Notes under the pieces: generated by a model
Told to the model about the DNA's origin: nothing
The model's input: the letters and a program-made list of their open reading frames with translations, nothing else
The model's database searches: none
Position numbers and translations under genes: made by a program
Shown: piece after piece, positions 1 to 8,801 of the stretch
How the letters are laid out: every line of letters begins with the position of its first letter
Numbering within the stretch: the first letter of the stretch is position 1
Origin: an uncultured Flavobacteriales bacterium
Lineage (GTDB): Bacteria; Bacteroidota; Bacteroidia; Flavobacteriales; UBA7312
Length of the DNA: 45,256 nucleotides
Assembly: GCA_964003875.1 (NCBI GenBank)
Contig: CAXFLH010000001.1
Span: 1 to 45,256 of the forward strand
Direction: 5' to 3'

Positions 1-354
1 ATTGATTGAAAATAAACAAAACACGCCTACAAGACCCATCGCTAATGACAACGTTAGTGCTTGATTGGTGGTCATTCTTTGTTTTGGCAACGGCCTGTCT
101 TCAGTTCGTCTCATCAATTTATCTAAGTCTTTTTCTATAACTTGATTGAAACCATTCGATGATGCAACTACTAAAAAACCACCCAAAATAAGAGCTATCA
201 AATCAAAGGATTGAAATATTCCTCCTGCAATAAAATAGCCCGCAATGGCTGAAAATACCACACTCGAAGTCAATCTAATTTTTGAAAGTTGTAAAACGTC
301 GTTAATGGACAATTTGTAAGTGTTTAATTTAGAATATTTTAAGACAAAACTCAT
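1..354 (-). CDS. cyoE: Protoheme IX farnesyltransferase (heme O synthase), N-terminal part; the gene runs off the left edge of the window
   Basis: Absent from the ORF track because it is truncated. Reverse-strand translation from ATG 354..352 gives MSFVLKYSKLNTYKLSINDVLQLSKIRLTSSVVFSAIAGYFIAGG...SSNGFNQVIEKDLDKLMRRTEDRPLPKQRM...LAMGLVGVFCLFSIN and stays open to position 1. The N-x4-D-x-D-x3-M-x-RT-x2-RPLP block after a TM helix is the first Asp-rich motif of UbiA-superfamily CyoE/CtaB enzymes. Confidence 0.8.
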   Translation of the reverse strand, partial: MSFVLKYSKLNTYKLSINDVLQLSKIRLTSSVVFSAIAGYFIAGGIFQSFDLIALILGGFLVVASSNGFNQVIEKDLDKLMRRTEDRPLPKQRMTTNQALTLSLAMGLVGVFCLFSIN

Positions 355-447
355 CAATTTCTATCTAGGGGGTAAATTTACCACTTTTTATATTTTCAAA
401 GGCTTTATTTGTTAAATATTTAGCAAAATTTACAATTTATAATTAAT

Positions 448-2028
448 CTAAAAATCGTAGTAAAAATTCTGCAAATCGGTTTTAAAGGAAAAGAAAAGAT
501 ACTGATTTTCATCAGTGGTATTTCTATCACTTAACGACCTATTAGTAAGACCTAACTCTATTCTCATATTAGTTTTTGGATTGACAATATAACCAACTCT
601 AAAGTCTATGATTTGTAAATTAGAAGTGTTTCCTTGGCCAATATCGTTATCAAGCTCTTTATAATTCTCGTCATAAGGCATAAAAATATCACTACCATAA
701 TTTGTAGTATCTCCAGCAATTTCTCCGCCATATTTAGCATGTATCAATTTTAAATCCGCTGTCCATCTATCTTTTCTATAACGAATAAAACTTACATTTT
801 CCAAAAAACTTGTTCCTAAAGGGTGCGCCAGAGGCTGCGCGTAATGAGCATAATTTTGTATAGGGTTAAAGTGAGAATAAGTGAATGGTCTAGCAAAATT
901 AAATTCTGATTGTAGAGTTAGGTTTTCAAACCCAAAGACGTCAAAATATTTCATACCTACTTGTCCTCCATACTTATTACGCCATGCCCCATTTTGAGCT
1001 CTAAAATCACCTATTGCAAACTCATCAAAAATTACTTGTCCATACAAATGAGAAGTAGATGTCAACTTATACTTTAATGACAAACCTAATAATGCGTTAC
1101 CTTGTCTTGAATAGCCAATAGAGTATTCAACAGGTCTATAAAAGATTATAGGGTTCATGTAGTTGATATCAAACACATTGCCCAAACTATCTTCCCCCAA
1201 CATTGTGGATTCGAAAATGCCAACATTCAACCGTTCACCTATATTAACACTTAAGTAATGAATAGCGCTAAATTTTGACTTACTTATATCTTGCGCACCT
1301 ATGTCGAAATTTATATCTTGAAAATAAGAAAATAGATTGACGTACTTAAATTTCCATACATCTGTAGTTATCTTTAAATAAGGATAATTAAATGAGTTAT
1401 CGGAAAGCAACATGGAACGATAACCATCGCCAATAAAATGTTTACCATGACCTAAATGTACGTCAAAGAATTTATTAACACCATAATTTATGTAGCCATT
1501 AGCGTAATAAAAATCCATTACACCCTCATTTGTAAAGGGAAAATACTTTATAATACCCTGACCAGGCAAAACATAATTATTATCTTTTGCATAATTCTCC
1601 ACATAATCTGAAACTACCATTTGATTTTCATAGAAAGATGAATAAAAAGATAACTTTTCACCGATCCTACCTTTTACCTCAAACCCTCTTGTATTTACAT
1701 ATCTTTTTTTGTTATCTTCAGCTATCTCAAAATGAAAAAGAGGATTTAAAGCAAAACTATAATCTGCATGCTCAATACTGAGTAAATCGGAGTTAAGAAA
1801 ATTGTGAATGAATGACTTTTTTGAAACAATTGGCTTAAAAGAATTGTAAAATATGGTGTCATCAGAAGAATATAAAAAAGGCTTAAATGAGGTGTGTTTT
1901 GAAACGCCTATATCATGCATATCCTTTTCTAAATACGAATAATAAGAATGACTTATAGGTGCATTGGTCTGCCCTATCAATATTAGTGAGAATTGTGATA
2001 ACACAAAAATTAATACGTATTTCTTCAT
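448..2028 (-). CDS. Secreted outer-membrane beta-barrel protein, possibly a Wzi/RemB-like capsule-assembly protein
   Basis: 526-aa ORF with signal peptide MKKYVLIFVLSQFSLILIGQ. Y/G/N/F-rich alternating beta-strand pattern throughout, with terminal aromatic residue (...LQNFYYDF) typical of OM barrels. It lies directly downstream of the glycan locus. The Wzi/RemB assignment is a recollection of such barrels beside Bacteroidota polysaccharide loci, not an alignment. Confidence 0.6.
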   Translation of the reverse strand: MKKYVLIFVLSQFSLILIGQTNAPISHSYYSYLEKDMHDIGVSKHTSFKPFLYSSDDTIFYNSFKPIVSKKSFIHNFLNSDLLSIEHADYSFALNPLFHFEIAEDNKKRYVNTRGFEVKGRIGEKLSFYSSFYENQMVVSDYVENYAKDNNYVLPGQGIIKYFPFTNEGVMDFYYANGYINYGVNKFFDVHLGHGKHFIGDGYRSMLLSDNSFNYPYLKITTDVWKFKYVNLFSYFQDINFDIGAQDISKSKFSAIHYLSVNIGERLNVGIFESTMLGEDSLGNVFDINYMNPIIFYRPVEYSIGYSRQGNALLGLSLKYKLTSTSHLYGQVIFDEFAIGDFRAQNGAWRNKYGGQVGMKYFDVFGFENLTLQSEFNFARPFTYSHFNPIQNYAHYAQPLAHPLGTSFLENVSFIRYRKDRWTADLKLIHAKYGGEIAGDTTNYGSDIFMPYDENYKELDNDIGQGNTSNLQIIDFRVGYIVNPKTNMRIELGLTNRSLSDRNTTDENQYLFFSFKTDLQNFYYDF

Positions 2029-2073
2029 TTGTAGATTATTTAATTAAAAATAGTTTCTCTAAAAAAGCCTAAG

Positions 2074-2081
2074 CAAAAATA
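2074..2081 (-). promoter_or_regulatory. Candidate Bacteroidota sigma-A -7 box (TATTTTTG) upstream of the OM barrel gene
   Basis: The minus strand reads TATTTTTG, matching TAnnTTTG, 46 nt upstream of ATG 2028. Motif match only. Confidence 0.3.
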
Positions 2082-2094
2082 ATCAATACTAATG

Positions 2095-3216
2095 TCAAAG
2101 AGTTTTTATTAGCTCAACATAGCCCTCAGCAATAGAATCCCAACAATAGTTTTCTTTCATATTACTAATAGCATTTTGAGGTATTTCATTCATTAACTCC
2201 TTATTATTCATCAAAATATTCAACTTGTTTGCCAAATCGTCTGCATTACCTTTTTCAAAAAGCAAACCGTTTTTTCCATCTTCAATAACTTCTTCAAAAG
2301 AAGGTATTTGTGAAGCTACCACTGGCAAACCATAAGACATTGACATCAATAAAACACCACTTTGAAAAATGAGTTCATAGGGTAAGACTAAACAATCGGC
2401 CGCCTTGAAATAGAATTCTCTTTTTTCTTCGCTGATATAATCAATATCTAAAACTAATCTGCTTGATAAATCCAATTCATCGATAATAGATTGGTACTTG
2501 TTAAAGTCATCTTTTCCTGAATGACCAGCAATAATAAGGTGTATTGAGGAATCAACATTAGGCATCGCTCTAAGCATAAGGTCTAAACGTTTATTGGGCT
2601 TTAAACGCCCAAAAAATAAAATGTATTGCCTTTGCTCGTCCAAATTCAAAGCTTTTCTAGCCAACTTTCTGCTTATTGAATTATCTGGCAAACTAACAAA
2701 TGAGCCGTGTTTTAACACGCTTACTTTGGAATGTATCTTGGACTCAATCTGAGGCAGAAGATGATTTAAAGAAAAACTATTATGTACGATAATTCTATCT
2801 GACCAACGGTTGTATATCAAATTATAATACCACTTGTTGTCTTGATCGGTAAATGAAAAAACATCATGAGATATGGTAATCGTTTTTAGCCTGAACAATT
2901 TGCTAATAGCATAAGTCATTATTGCCATATTGTGTGTAGAAAAAACGTGAATTATAACCGTATTAATTTTGTTCCTTTTACAGTCCATACAAGACTTAAA
3001 CATTCCCTTTATAAAATTTAATATTTGGGGAAATTTATTTTTAAAAAATATTCCGAAAACTGGCTGAGAAACGATATTTTCGGATTTCACATTAAAATTG
3101 GAGTAGATGTAAGTATCAATCCCTAATTTATTCAATGAAGTACACAGAAATGTATCGTAATGATTCATTCCGCTCTTTATTCCTACAGGGTCAATAATAG
3201 CTATTTTATGTTCCAT
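2095..3216 (-). CDS. Glycosyltransferase family 4 (GT-B fold)
   Basis: 373 aa. The C-terminal half carries the GT4 signature: ...ILFFGRLKPNKRLDLML... and ADCLVLPYELIFQSGVLLMSMSYGLPVVASQIPSFEEVIEDGKNGLLF (E-x7-E region). Overlaps the upstream sulfotransferase gene by 16 nt. Confidence 0.85.
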   Translation of the reverse strand: MEHKIAIIDPVGIKSGMNHYDTFLCTSLNKLGIDTYIYSNFNVKSENIVSQPVFGIFFKNKFPQILNFIKGMFKSCMDCKRNKINTVIIHVFSTHNMAIMTYAISKLFRLKTITISHDVFSFTDQDNKWYYNLIYNRWSDRIIVHNSFSLNHLLPQIESKIHSKVSVLKHGSFVSLPDNSISRKLARKALNLDEQRQYILFFGRLKPNKRLDLMLRAMPNVDSSIHLIIAGHSGKDDFNKYQSIIDELDLSSRLVLDIDYISEEKREFYFKAADCLVLPYELIFQSGVLLMSMSYGLPVVASQIPSFEEVIEDGKNGLLFEKGNADDLANKLNILMNNKELMNEIPQNAISNMKENYCWDSIAEGYVELIKTL

Positions 3217-4049
3217 CTATCTAAATCTGTATTTAATAGTTTTTCAAGCTGAAAAACATCGGACTTGTAAAATGCTTTCAACTGTTCCTCTGTATGCTTA
3301 GAAAGTATCGGCTTGGACTTAGCTGAAAAATACTTGGACCTAATTAATGACAAAAGACGTTCAGGCATAATAGTTTTTACTACTTTTCTTATAATGTTGA
3401 ATTTATACAATTTAGAAACCAAAGTGTAAGAAGGAGATAAAAAAGGGTTTTTAATGCTAAAGTTAATCTCCTGTTGTTCGATTTCTAAAAAACTAAAAAC
3501 ACGATTCATCACTTTTTCAGTATAAATCTTGAAATCTTCATAAAAAATAACCAATAGCTGTTCTTTTCCAAAGACATCTAAATACCTTTTCAATTGCGAA
3601 TAATAATTGCCTAACTCTAAGTATTGTTGAAAATATTGCGGATAGATTTGTGGATTAGCTATAATATCTTCTAATTTTTCTGAGCAAAAACCCAAACGAC
3701 AATCCATCAAATAATGAGAAAATGCACGTTCAATAGGCTCTCTAAGCATAATGATAATTTTAGCTTCAGAGTTGTAATCATATATACGCTTAGGCACGTT
3801 TTCATAATACAAATAAGATACACTAGCTTCTCCTCTAATTTGTCTTTTTTCTTTGGAAAATAATTTGTGATAGTCATTGCTATCAATAATACATTTGGAA
3901 TTATAGAACAAAGATTCTACTTCTTTTGAGGAAAAAAAGTTAGGCTCTTTTACACTACTCATACTCACATCAGTATGCTGATTGAGATAATGGTGCAAGG
4001 AAGTGGTTCCTGCTTTTGGGGCGCCTACAATAAATGTATTTACTTTCAT
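3201..4049 (-). CDS. PAPS-dependent sulfotransferase (paralogue A)
   Basis: 282 aa with no signal peptide. 5'-phosphosulfate loop FIVGAPKAGTTSLHHYL and 3'-phosphate block IIMLREPIERAFSHY, as in Sulfotransfer_1-type enzymes. Confidence 0.85.
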   Translation of the reverse strand: MKVNTFIVGAPKAGTTSLHHYLNQHTDVSMSSVKEPNFFSSKEVESLFYNSKCIIDSNDYHKLFSKEKRQIRGEASVSYLYYENVPKRIYDYNSEAKIIIMLREPIERAFSHYLMDCRLGFCSEKLEDIIANPQIYPQYFQQYLELGNYYSQLKRYLDVFGKEQLLVIFYEDFKIYTEKVMNRVFSFLEIEQQEINFSIKNPFLSPSYTLVSKLYKFNIIRKVVKTIMPERLLSLIRSKYFSAKSKPILSKHTEEQLKAFYKSDVFQLEKLLNTDLDRWNIK

Positions 4050-4051
4050 TA

Positions 4052-4954
4052 TTACATTTTAAATCCTTTAAAATAGGACGTTTGTATAAGGTAAAAGATA
4101 CGCCATTTTTTTTCAAACCTATGACTTATAAAAAAACGAATGGTCAAATAAAACCACAAATAAATTAAATTGATATATGCAATTAGTGTTTTTTGTTTTC
4201 TTAAAAAATAGACGTGATTTTTACTATTCTGCTTTATAAAGAACTCTCCATATTTCATGGGTTTATCTTTATTTCTAGAATTGGTAAGACTACCTATTTT
4301 GTGTAAAAAATGAATGTCATGCCTGTATCTAGCTTCGTGTTTTCCATCTTTTAAAACTCGAAAGAAAAAGTCAGTATCATCAAAATACACAAAAAACTTC
4401 TCGTCCATCAAACCAATATCTTCAAAAACAGACTGATGTATTAAGGCACAACATGTTGGTGCATATTCTATCTTATCGTCAACATTGTATTGGTTGTTAT
4501 CAATCTCTCCTTGCCCGCGATGAAAATTTAAAAATGCTTTTTTCCTGCTGTAAAAGCCTCCAGCATACCAAATCATATTGGATGGAGAAAAATAATTCAT
4601 CTTGGGGACTACTATTGATGAGCCATAACTGTTGTAGGTTTGTACTAGTTTTGACAACAATTTAGCTTCAAAAACAGTATCGTTGTTTAACAACAAGACA
4701 AAATAACAACCGTCTTTAAGCGCTAACTTGATACCTTGATTATTTCCTGCCGCAACACCTAAGTTATTGGTGTTTTTTAAAAGTACTTTAGATTTAAAGT
4801 CCCAATTGTCAACTTTTGAAAGTGTATCGTCAACAGAGTTGTTATCGATGATATAAAGATTGAAATCTGAGTAATCTTGTTGCTCAATAGAAGTGAAAAA
4901 ATCATCTAATACAGAAGCACTATTAAAAGTGACTGTTACAATACCTATCTTCAT
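4052..4954 (-). CDS. Glycosyltransferase family 2 (GT-A fold, rhamnosyltransferase-like)
   Basis: 300 aa. IGIVTVTFNS...YIIDNNSVDDT...VLLLNNDT...FFVYFDDTDFFFR are classic GT2 motifs. C-terminal hydrophobic segment. ATGA-type 4-nt overlap with the upstream gene. Confidence 0.85.
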   Translation of the reverse strand: MKIGIVTVTFNSASVLDDFFTSIEQQDYSDFNLYIIDNNSVDDTLSKVDNWDFKSKVLLKNTNNLGVAAGNNQGIKLALKDGCYFVLLLNNDTVFEAKLLSKLVQTYNSYGSSIVVPKMNYFSPSNMIWYAGGFYSRKKAFLNFHRGQGEIDNNQYNVDDKIEYAPTCCALIHQSVFEDIGLMDEKFFVYFDDTDFFFRVLKDGKHEARYRHDIHFLHKIGSLTNSRNKDKPMKYGEFFIKQNSKNHVYFLRKQKTLIAYINLIYLWFYLTIRFFISHRFEKKWRIFYLIQTSYFKGFKM

Positions 4955-6084
4955 TTCATTAGCCCTTTATCTTTCATTTCATTTATGGACTGCTCATAAT
5001 TATCAGAATTGACTTCTTGCTTTTTAACCCATTCTACAAATTGCTTTAGTCCATCTTCAAATGACACTTTTGGACTGAATCCTAAGAGTTTTTTTATTCT
5101 GCTAATGTCAGCTTTATTGTGTCGAATATCGCCTAGCCTATAATTTCCTGAAACGTTAATATCCACATCAGATTGATATAGTTTTTTTAGACTATCTGCA
5201 ACCATTTGAACCGTAGTCGAAACTCCTGAACCCACATTCAATGAACAGGATTTTAATGTATCATCTTGTATAGCCAATACAGTCGCATTTACAACATCGT
5301 CGATAAATACAAAGTCACGACTTTCCTTGCCATCTTCAAAAATATTTATGTGGTTGTTATTCAATATGCGAGTAGAAAAAATGGATAAAATTCCAGTATA
5401 AGGATTACTTAATGACTGCCCTGGACCATAGACATTTTGATATCTCAAAGCAATAGCGGAGATGCCTAAACTTTTACAAGCCACAAGAATCATTTGCTCT
5501 TGATCACTTTTAGTAATTCCATATATAGAAGACGGATGAATCTTTGAATCTTCATCAGTTTCTAACATGGTCAAAGGTTGTTTACAAATACTGCATAATG
5601 GCTCAAATTGCCCGTTTGATATTTGAGTAACTTCTCTTTCATTAGGATATACCTCACCATGCGATTCACAATGGTATTTCCCTTCACCATATATTGCTCG
5701 TGATGAAGCAACAATTACTTTCTTAACAGTATGTTTCTCATTGGCTAATAAATCTAACATTACGGCAGTCCCCCCACAATTCACTTGAACATATTTCTCA
5801 ATTTGATACATAGACTGACCTGTACCAGTTTCTGCTGCCAAGTGTACAATAACAGTACTATTGGCTATAGCCTTTTGCCAATCTTTTCTATTTCTTATAT
5901 CTCCGTTTATTAAAGTAACTTTACCTTTAATGGACTGATATAACTGAGAATTTTCTTTGGAATTGGTATGAATCTGAGGCGAAAGATTATCTAATACCCT
6001 TACATTGTGTCCAAGACTAACAAGCTTCAATGCTAAATTAGAGCCAATAAATCCTGCTCCTCCAGAAATTAATATATTTTCCAT
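4951..6084 (-). CDS. NAD-dependent sugar-nucleotide epimerase/dehydratase (extended SDR) with a Cys/His-containing insertion
   Basis: 377 aa. Rossmann motif GGAGFIGSNL, catalytic Ser region VIVASSRAIYG and YGITK (YxxxK). About 45 extra residues (135-180) lie between Ser and YxxxK and contain HCESH and CSIC. Confidence 0.85.
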   Translation of the reverse strand: MENILISGGAGFIGSNLALKLVSLGHNVRVLDNLSPQIHTNSKENSQLYQSIKGKVTLINGDIRNRKDWQKAIANSTVIVHLAAETGTGQSMYQIEKYVQVNCGGTAVMLDLLANEKHTVKKVIVASSRAIYGEGKYHCESHGEVYPNEREVTQISNGQFEPLCSICKQPLTMLETDEDSKIHPSSIYGITKSDQEQMILVACKSLGISAIALRYQNVYGPGQSLSNPYTGILSIFSTRILNNNHINIFEDGKESRDFVFIDDVVNATVLAIQDDTLKSCSLNVGSGVSTTVQMVADSLKKLYQSDVDINVSGNYRLGDIRHNKADISRIKKLLGFSPKVSFEDGLKQFVEWVKKQEVNSDNYEQSINEMKDKGLMK

Positions 6085-7316
6085 CTAAACTTGTCGATTA
6101 TATAAATACCACCCGACATTACAAAAGTAAGAAAAAAAGGTCTGAGCATAATTGGTTCTGTCATTAACGAAATAATAATGAAAATGAAAAACCATTTACG
6201 CTTTTCAGGAACAAAGTTCTGATGGTATAACATCACAACCAAAATCAGAGTAAATGGTATTCCTGCAGCAGCTAAGAAAAACATAATAGAGTTAGTCGAG
6301 CCCTTGTCGTTTACATTTGAAAAATCAACAGCCTCTAAGTTTAATGAAAATCTAGTCTTTTGGCGAGTTTTAACAAATTGTTCATCGTCCAAACCAACAC
6401 CAGTAATAGGGTTTTCGGCAACCATATATATGGGTTGAACTAAATCAAAAAATCGAGCTTGAAAAGAAAATCGTCCATCACCATTAAGTTTGTCAGAAAT
6501 ATTAATAGCTGTAATGTAATAAACTAATAAAATAATTAATGCTGCTATGGGCAAAAACAAAATATTTTTTCTTATCTCGGAACTAAATGACAATAGAAGT
6601 TGGACAAACATTACGACTAATCCAGTTGTTGAAAATGTTGTAAAAATAGCTAGAATAGTCAACCAAAATATCAAACCTCTTTTCTTTTTAACAAAAGAGA
6701 TGATAAAGAGCAATAGATTAAGAAAAATCTGAAGGACACCAGGTTCCCAAAAAATACCTTGATTTCTAACAAGCTCAATACCCAATACAGAAAATGAATG
6801 CGTATACTTTAGATAAAAGAAAACGTTTAGAAAACTAACGCAGTCATAACGACCATTACTAATATTAATTAAAAAAGGTTTTACAAAAGGAAAAATAAAG
6901 AAGTTAATCAGGGCGTGAATTAAAATTATTTTTAAAATCAAATAAAGATGAGGAATAAATAGATTTTTATTTTCTTCTCTATAATAATACATTGCTGAAA
7001 AAATAGAGGTAGTGAAAATAACAATATTAGCCAATAACTTTTGTGTTGATTGAGGTGATAATGCAAATAAATAGTTGAAAGTAAGTAAGGACAAAAACAA
7101 TACCAAAAGCTGCACAAAAATTAGAAGTTCTCTTTTGTAAAGATTTTTAATGACAAAAAGAGATGAGAATAGAAAAAACACAAAATAAAGCATCTCCTTT
7201 CTAAAAAATATGAAGACCATACTACCTGCAGTTAGTACCAAAAAAAGCATCGGCAACCATGAAAATTTGAGATGTTTTGACGCTAATTTCATGACTGATC
7301 TTTGGTCCTTTCCCAA
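6069..7316 (-). CDS. Wzy-like O-antigen/EPS polymerase (O-antigen ligase superfamily membrane protein)
   Basis: 415-aa F/I/L-rich polytopic ORF. A large late loop ...DKLNGDGRFSFQARFFDLVQPIYMVAENPITGVGLDDEQF... resembles the Wzy_C loop. Located between the flippase and the GTs. ATG at 7292 gives an ATGA stop/start overlap with the upstream acetyltransferase gene and may be the true start. Confidence 0.7.
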   Translation of the reverse strand: MGKDQRSVMKLASKHLKFSWLPMLFLVLTAGSMVFIFFRKEMLYFVFFLFSSLFVIKNLYKRELLIFVQLLVLFLSLLTFNYLFALSPQSTQKLLANIVIFTTSIFSAMYYYREENKNLFIPHLYLILKIILIHALINFFIFPFVKPFLINISNGRYDCVSFLNVFFYLKYTHSFSVLGIELVRNQGIFWEPGVLQIFLNLLLFIISFVKKKRGLIFWLTILAIFTTFSTTGLVVMFVQLLLSFSSEIRKNILFLPIAALIILLVYYITAINISDKLNGDGRFSFQARFFDLVQPIYMVAENPITGVGLDDEQFVKTRQKTRFSLNLEAVDFSNVNDKGSTNSIMFFLAAAGIPFTLILVVMLYHQNFVPEKRKWFFIFIIISLMTEPIMLRPFFLTFVMSGGIYIIDKFRWKIY

Positions 7317-7888
7317 CTTTGTTTAGCGTGGTTGTATGTCTTTATAATGCGAGCAGGTGAGCCCGCTACCATACAATAGTCAGGCACATCATGAATAACT
7401 AAAGAATTTGCTCCTACAATACACTGTTTACCTATCTTAGATGAAATGACACAAACATTTTCTCCAAGCCATGTGCCATCACCAATTTCAACTTCCGCCT
7501 TAAAACCTACTCCTTGCTCTTTGTAGGGCAAATCAACTTTATCAAAACGATGAAAATTATCAGCGATATATACGTTATCGCCCATCAATACATTCTTGCC
7601 AATTCGTATACTTTTCAAAGAAACGATATGAGCATTTCTTCCAATATAAGTGCCTTCATCTATAGAAAGTTTAGTGTCTTTAGAAGTTGAATCGGAATAG
7701 TTTAATGCCAAAAGCCAAGCGTTAGGTTTAATAAAAACTTCTTTTTTGATAGCAATATATCTTGCACCTTCAACAGAAAATGGCATAGATAGTGTTGATT
7801 TAGGTGCTAATTCCTTGAACGAAAAACGATAAAGTAAAGTAAAAATCTTATCCCTTATTCTGCGATATGTATTATGAATTTGTTCCAT
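7289..7888 (-). CDS. Hexapeptide-repeat (left-handed beta-helix) sugar O-acetyltransferase
   Basis: 199 aa. Imperfect hexapeptide repeats ...IGRNAHIVSLKSIRIGKNVLMGDNVYIAD... and ...IGDGTWLGENVCVISSKIGKQCIVGANSLVIHDVPDYCMVAGSPARI, as in WcaF/LacA/NodL-type enzymes. Confidence 0.8.
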   Translation of the reverse strand: MEQIHNTYRRIRDKIFTLLYRFSFKELAPKSTLSMPFSVEGARYIAIKKEVFIKPNAWLLALNYSDSTSKDTKLSIDEGTYIGRNAHIVSLKSIRIGKNVLMGDNVYIADNFHRFDKVDLPYKEQGVGFKAEVEIGDGTWLGENVCVISSKIGKQCIVGANSLVIHDVPDYCMVAGSPARIIKTYNHAKQSWERTKDQS

Positions 7889-8801
7889 TATTTAACCAGC
7901 CTATATTATACTCAGGCAAGATTTTTTTTAACTGAGCAATATCTTCTACAAAATAGGATTCTAAATTGGATTTCAAAGATTCATTTAAAGAAATTTTTGA
8001 CTTAGATAAATTTTTACGCATAATCAACTCTCTAATTAACTTAGTTTTTTGCTCTCCAATAGTGTTGTGAAGTATCTTTTTAATAAGACTAAATTTGGAA
8101 GATGATTGAAGAATTGCGTTTAATTTTTTACTCTTTGGCGCACCCGTACTTTTTTTATTTATCATAAAATGCGACACCTTAAAGCTACTATCAACTTCTA
8201 AAAAATCGAAAATATCAACTAATGATTTATCAATATCGTTTACAAAATCTTCAAAAAAAACAACTTTTACTTCCTTAAATGCATCTTTATAAGCTTTTAC
8301 CGATTCAGCATATGTGCTTAAGCCTTTATAGTGCCAAAAGGAATTAAACCCTTTTGAAATTCGTTCTGACTCTTGCTCAAGTGCATGCTTAAAGTCCAAG
8401 TTTTCATAGGTTGAATAATTATGAGAATAATTTGAAAATGCTCTCTCAATAGGGTTTCTTAAAAGAATTAAAATTTTTGGTGACTTACCATCTTTCAGTT
8501 GTTTAATTTTAGGAATTACTTCATGATGATGGTATAAATATTGTGTGCTCGCGTCACACTTTATTTTTTCACTTTTATTGGCATAAAGATTGGTATAATT
8601 AAGTTCATCAAGCACTGAACTTCTCAATAAATAGGGTTTAATAGGATCAGCTTCAGAAATGTTTTGAATACTGTCTTTTATAAAAAACCGTGGCTCTTTA
8701 TCAGGAATCGCTATATCTGGATGTTGACTAAGATAATGGTACAAAGAAGTCGTGCCTGCCTTCGGTGCTCCTACGATATATAAGTTAGGATAATTCATCA
8801 T
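7872..8801 (-). CDS. PAPS-dependent sulfotransferase (paralogue B)
   Basis: 309 aa. 5'-PSB loop LYIVGAPKAGTTSLYHYL and 3'-PB block ILLRNPIERAFSNYSH. The same motif order as the 3201-4049 product, but otherwise strongly diverged. Confidence 0.85.
   Translation of the reverse strand: MMNYPNLYIVGAPKAGTTSLYHYLSQHPDIAIPDKEPRFFIKDSIQNISEADPIKPYLLRSSVLDELNYTNLYANKSEKIKCDASTQYLYHHHEVIPKIKQLKDGKSPKILILLRNPIERAFSNYSHNYSTYENLDFKHALEQESERISKGFNSFWHYKGLSTYAESVKAYKDAFKEVKVVFFEDFVNDIDKSLVDIFDFLEVDSSFKVSHFMINKKSTGAPKSKKLNAILQSSSKFSLIKKILHNTIGEQKTKLIRELIMRKNLSKSKISLNESLKSNLESYFVEDIAQLKKILPEYNIGWLNNGTNS

Noticed and set aside
371-382. Perfect 12-bp palindrome GGTAAATTTACC 17 nt upstream of the cyoE start, considered as a possible operator.
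   Set aside because: It is short and AT-rich in AT-rich DNA, its core TAAATTTA may simply be a degenerate -7 box, and there is no second copy in the window. It is not distinguishable from chance without comparative data.
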